Shown here: positions 61,234 through 64,000 of the stretch, piece after piece
How positions within the stretch are numbered: position 1 is the first letter of the stretch
Layout of the letters: each line of letters opens with the position of its first letter
Virus record (IMG/VR): IMGVR_UViG_3300036770_008729
Coordinates: 217,115-281,114 of that record
Strand: one strand, 5' to 3'
DNA length: 64,000 bases
Notes under the pieces: model-generated
The model's input: only the letters and a program-made list of their open reading frames with translations
The model's database searches: none
Told to the model about the DNA's origin: nothing
Made by a program: the position numbers and the translations under genes

Positions 61234-61746
61234 CTACCCTTCGGTCATCGCACCACCGGCAGCACCAATCATAGATGAAACAAAAGCTGTTCCCATCAAT
61301 ATTCCAATAAGATTACCTAATGTACAAAGGCCACCTAAAACCATTACAAATCCACTTCCAACTATTGCGATTTTAATTACAGCAATTAGTAATCCAACAA
61401 ATGAGATAGCTGCAACTGAGTAACCTAACCATTTAAGAATTGTCCCAACAACTTCTTTTGCCCCCTCATCTACTTTTCCACCTGGATCAGTTTTAGGATC
61501 AGGTAAATTTTCCTGATTAGCGATTTCTCTAGTTCTCTTCTTGTCCTCTTCTGGTAAAGCTGCAAAAGCCTTTTTAGCCTCTTCTAATTTTTTCATAGCT
61601 TCTGGATTCTTCTCGATAGCTTCAACCATTTTATTACCCAATTCCTGTTTTTGTTTTTGCCACCAAGCTTTTACAGCTTTAAGAAACTCCTCCTCATTGA
61701 TAGGCTCAAATTGACTGAAATTTTCGAAAGTTTTAACGTATTTCAT
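61234..61746 (-). CDS. Tagged protein with C-terminal TM hairpin
   Basis: MKYVKTFENF...INEE; hydrophobic C-terminus. Confidence 0.65.
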   Translation of the reverse strand: MKYVKTFENFSQFEPINEEEFLKAVKAWWQKQKQELGNKMVEAIEKNPEAMKKLEEAKKAFAALPEEDKKRTREIANQENLPDPKTDPGGKVDEGAKEVVGTILKWLGYSVAAISFVGLLIAVIKIAIVGSGFVMVLGGLCTLGNLIGILMGTAFVSSMIGAAGGAMTEG

Positions 61747-61895
61747 AACAATGTTTTTTATTTTTATTATTTATATATTAACTTTCTAAAGTGATTTTTT
61801 CGAATAAAAGGCTATAAAATTTATAAAATATTAAAAAAAGTAATAAAAATGAGATTTAAAAGTAAATATATAAATTATAAAAAAAAATTAAAATT

Positions 61896-62492
61896 ATGAG
61901 ATACATAAAAACATTTGAATCGTATTCGATTAATGAAAATGAAAATTCAGCAGTAGGGGATGTTAAAACACCTGAGGCTGAAACAGCTAAAAAAGAAATG
62001 GTAGCTGCAGTTGCTGAGGAGATTAAAAAGAATCCTGAAGCTCAAAAACAAGCTGGTCAACAGTTGGAAGATATTTCTAAAAAATTTGGTTTATCAGTTG
62101 AAGACTTAAAAGATCCAGCTAAAGTTGTTGCAGCAGCTGAGAAAAATCCAGCTCTTAAACAAGCATTGGAAGCTTTAGTTCAAGCAACAAACGAGGCAAT
62201 TTCATATTTTGGATATGATAGTCTAAACGAAGAAATTGATTTTGGTAAAATCAAAAATTGGATCAAAGAAAAAGGACAAAAGTTTGCAACAGCACTTGGT
62301 ATGACAGGACTCTTTGGAACAATATTGGGTGTAGCATTAACAGTTGGTACAGGAGCTGTAGCATTTGCAGCAGCTGCTCCAGTAGCTGCTGGTGCATTGG
62401 CTATATCAGCTTTAGCACTTGCAATTGGTGGTAAAAAAGGTGCGGCTGATATAGGTTGGACTGGTGGAGGATCAGGAGGAAGATATTCGTAA
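61896..62492 (+). CDS. Tagged protein with C-terminal TM hairpin
   Basis: MRYIKTFESYSINE; Gly/Ala-rich hydrophobic C-terminus. Confidence 0.65.
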   Translation: MRYIKTFESYSINENENSAVGDVKTPEAETAKKEMVAAVAEEIKKNPEAQKQAGQQLEDISKKFGLSVEDLKDPAKVVAAAEKNPALKQALEALVQATNEAISYFGYDSLNEEIDFGKIKNWIKEKGQKFATALGMTGLFGTILGVALTVGTGAVAFAAAAPVAAGALAISALALAIGGKKGAADIGWTGGGSGGRYS

Positions 62493-62587
62493 TTTTTCTA
62501 TCTCTTAAAAAACATTCTTTAAAATCGACTTCCACGTTCTTGCTTTGCGTAAATCAAACAAACATAAAAAAAAAAGAGTTAATTTAA

Positions 62588-62887
62588 TTAACTCTTTTTT
62601 TGTTTTAAAAGGTCTTTATACTCTTGATGAATTTTACAAATTTCAGAATATGCCTCTGAAAGCTCTAAAATTGAATACAACTTTTTGTAAACAAAAAAGA
62701 AAGAAATAAAGTGAACTACTACTAAAGCAAAAATCAACGAAATATCAAAGTTTTTGAAATAAGCAATTAAAAAAAGAGGTATTGCTATAAAGATAAATGC
62801 GAATGATTGTGAAGACAAAAATTTTAATAAACCTGAGATAAGAATAGCTAGTCTAATTTTTAGGTTTTCTTTAATTTGATTTTTCAT
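62588..62887 (-). CDS. Membrane protein
   Basis: Two to three hydrophobic helices. Confidence 0.55.
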   Translation of the reverse strand: MKNQIKENLKIRLAILISGLLKFLSSQSFAFIFIAIPLFLIAYFKNFDISLIFALVVVHFISFFFVYKKLYSILELSEAYSEICKIHQEYKDLLKQKKS

Positions 62888-63143
62888 AATAAGTTTTTAT
62901 TTATTGTTTTTATCTATTGTTATATACAATACAAATATAAGAATAATTTTCTAATAGACAACTATTTTTTTCAATTTTTTTCTTAAAAATATTTTATAAG
63001 TTTCTATTATCTATTTCCAAAAAACCCCAAAAATCGAAATTAAAAGTGGATTGTCTTTTGCCCATTTCCAGAAGAACTGACTTTGTAATTGTAGATATGT
63101 CAATGACTGTGCTATAACAATCAAAAGAAAAGATAAAAATAAT

Positions 63144-63809
63144 TTATTCATAATCTATTGTTTTTAAAACTTCTTTTATTTGCTCCTTACTAAATGTCTT
63201 AGATAATTTTTGTAAAAAATGGTGACCAACCGGTATATGTTTATCTTTTCTTATCCAACAACTTAGAATCCACTTTTCGCCTTCATTAGGTGAAGTACCA
63301 GAATGTAACGAGTCTGTAAATACTTTACCATCCAAATCTAAATTATTCCAATAAATACATTCACCAGTATTTAGTTTTATATCAACTCCTAAATTGTCAA
63401 ATCTGGTGAAACCACCAGACACTGCCTCTCTCAGACAAACAATAGATGTAAACAATCTTTGTCCACCCACTAATTCTTCCAATTCTAATTCATTGTCACT
63501 GAAAAAGTCATAATGAGTTTCAAATCTTTGACCTGGCTTATACCTTATTATAGTAAGTAGTTCTTGATTTCTAATCGGTAGACCAGATATATCAGAGAAC
63601 TTTTTCTTGAGTTCTAAAATTATATTTTTAACAGACTGGTCAGTAATCTCATTATGATTGATAAAAAAATCATCGGAGTTTCTTAAAGATGAATCACCAA
63701 TAACTTCAGATGATTTTAGTTTATCTTTAAAATAATCAATTAGTTTATCACAATCAGTATAAGAAATGAATCCAGTCTGTTGAAAATATTTGAATGTTTC
63801 TAAAGCCAA
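63144..63809 (-). CDS. 2OG-Fe(II) oxygenase, prolyl-4-hydroxylase-like
   Basis: RY...HYD...GGFTRF...LHSG...GEKW. Confidence 0.85.
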   Translation of the reverse strand: MALETFKYFQQTGFISYTDCDKLIDYFKDKLKSSEVIGDSSLRNSDDFFINHNEITDQSVKNIILELKKKFSDISGLPIRNQELLTIIRYKPGQRFETHYDFFSDNELELEELVGGQRLFTSIVCLREAVSGGFTRFDNLGVDIKLNTGECIYWNNLDLDGKVFTDSLHSGTSPNEGEKWILSCWIRKDKHIPVGHHFLQKLSKTFSKEQIKEVLKTIDYE

Positions 63810-64000
63810 AGCATTTGTAATTTATTTATTGTACCTCTTTGAACAATAGAAAATTGCTTTTCATTCGTAAGAGGCTTTGCTAATTTCCAATCTTCGGTAA
63901 AAGAAGGATATCCGCCTTTTAATCCACAGAATACTTGGTCATAATCATTTATTATTATGAATTGTTTCTGAGGTTCAATTTTACTTAATAACCTTTTCAT
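63800..64000 (-). CDS. Hypothetical protein
   Basis: 66 aa ORF at window edge. Confidence 0.45.
   Translation of the reverse strand: MKRLLSKIEPQKQFIIINDYDQVFCGLKGGYPSFTEDWKLAKPLTNEKQFSIVQRGTINKLQMLWL

Noticed and set aside
56959-63809. Prolyl hydroxylase acting on the collagen-like proteins
   Set aside because: Prolines are almost all in the X position (G-P-Q/T), not the Y position modified by collagen P4H; no further link visible.
1-64000. Stop-codon reassignment
   Set aside because: Genes are intact in the standard code, TAG and TGA end plausible ORFs, and no CTA/TCA suppressor tRNA was seen.

Overview
AT-rich 64 kb segment most consistent with a large (jumbo-type) tailed phage of a Bacteroidota host: dense small ORFs, Bacteroidota-type TTTG-N19/20-TAnnTTTG promoters plus a second TAATATATA promoter-like motif, fibre/lectin/collagen-like genes and no cellular housekeeping operons. 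Main observations: (1) a 27-tRNA island covering all 20 amino acids, split into four operons, each preceded by a short unannotated leader ORF whose codon run names the amino acids of the tRNAs downstream, followed by an antiterminator and an intrinsic terminator (a candidate translation-coupled sensor of tRNA depletion); (2) an integron-like array with a short tyrosine recombinase, an attI-like site and 10 long attC-like sites whose core boxes match from cassette to cassette, with genes starting inside the attC loops; (3) an ORF-poor ncRNA transcript of tRNA-shelled RNAs and stem-closed structured RNAs; (4) non-canonical tRNA architectures; (5) two families of unrelated proteins sharing an N-terminal (MKYLKLFE-like) or a C-terminal (RDxKLxxL-like) tag; (6) a candidate origin with palindromes, an RHH gene and a skew switch; (7) a partial tyrosinase missed by the ORF track. 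All calls are by eye; no searches or folding programs were run.
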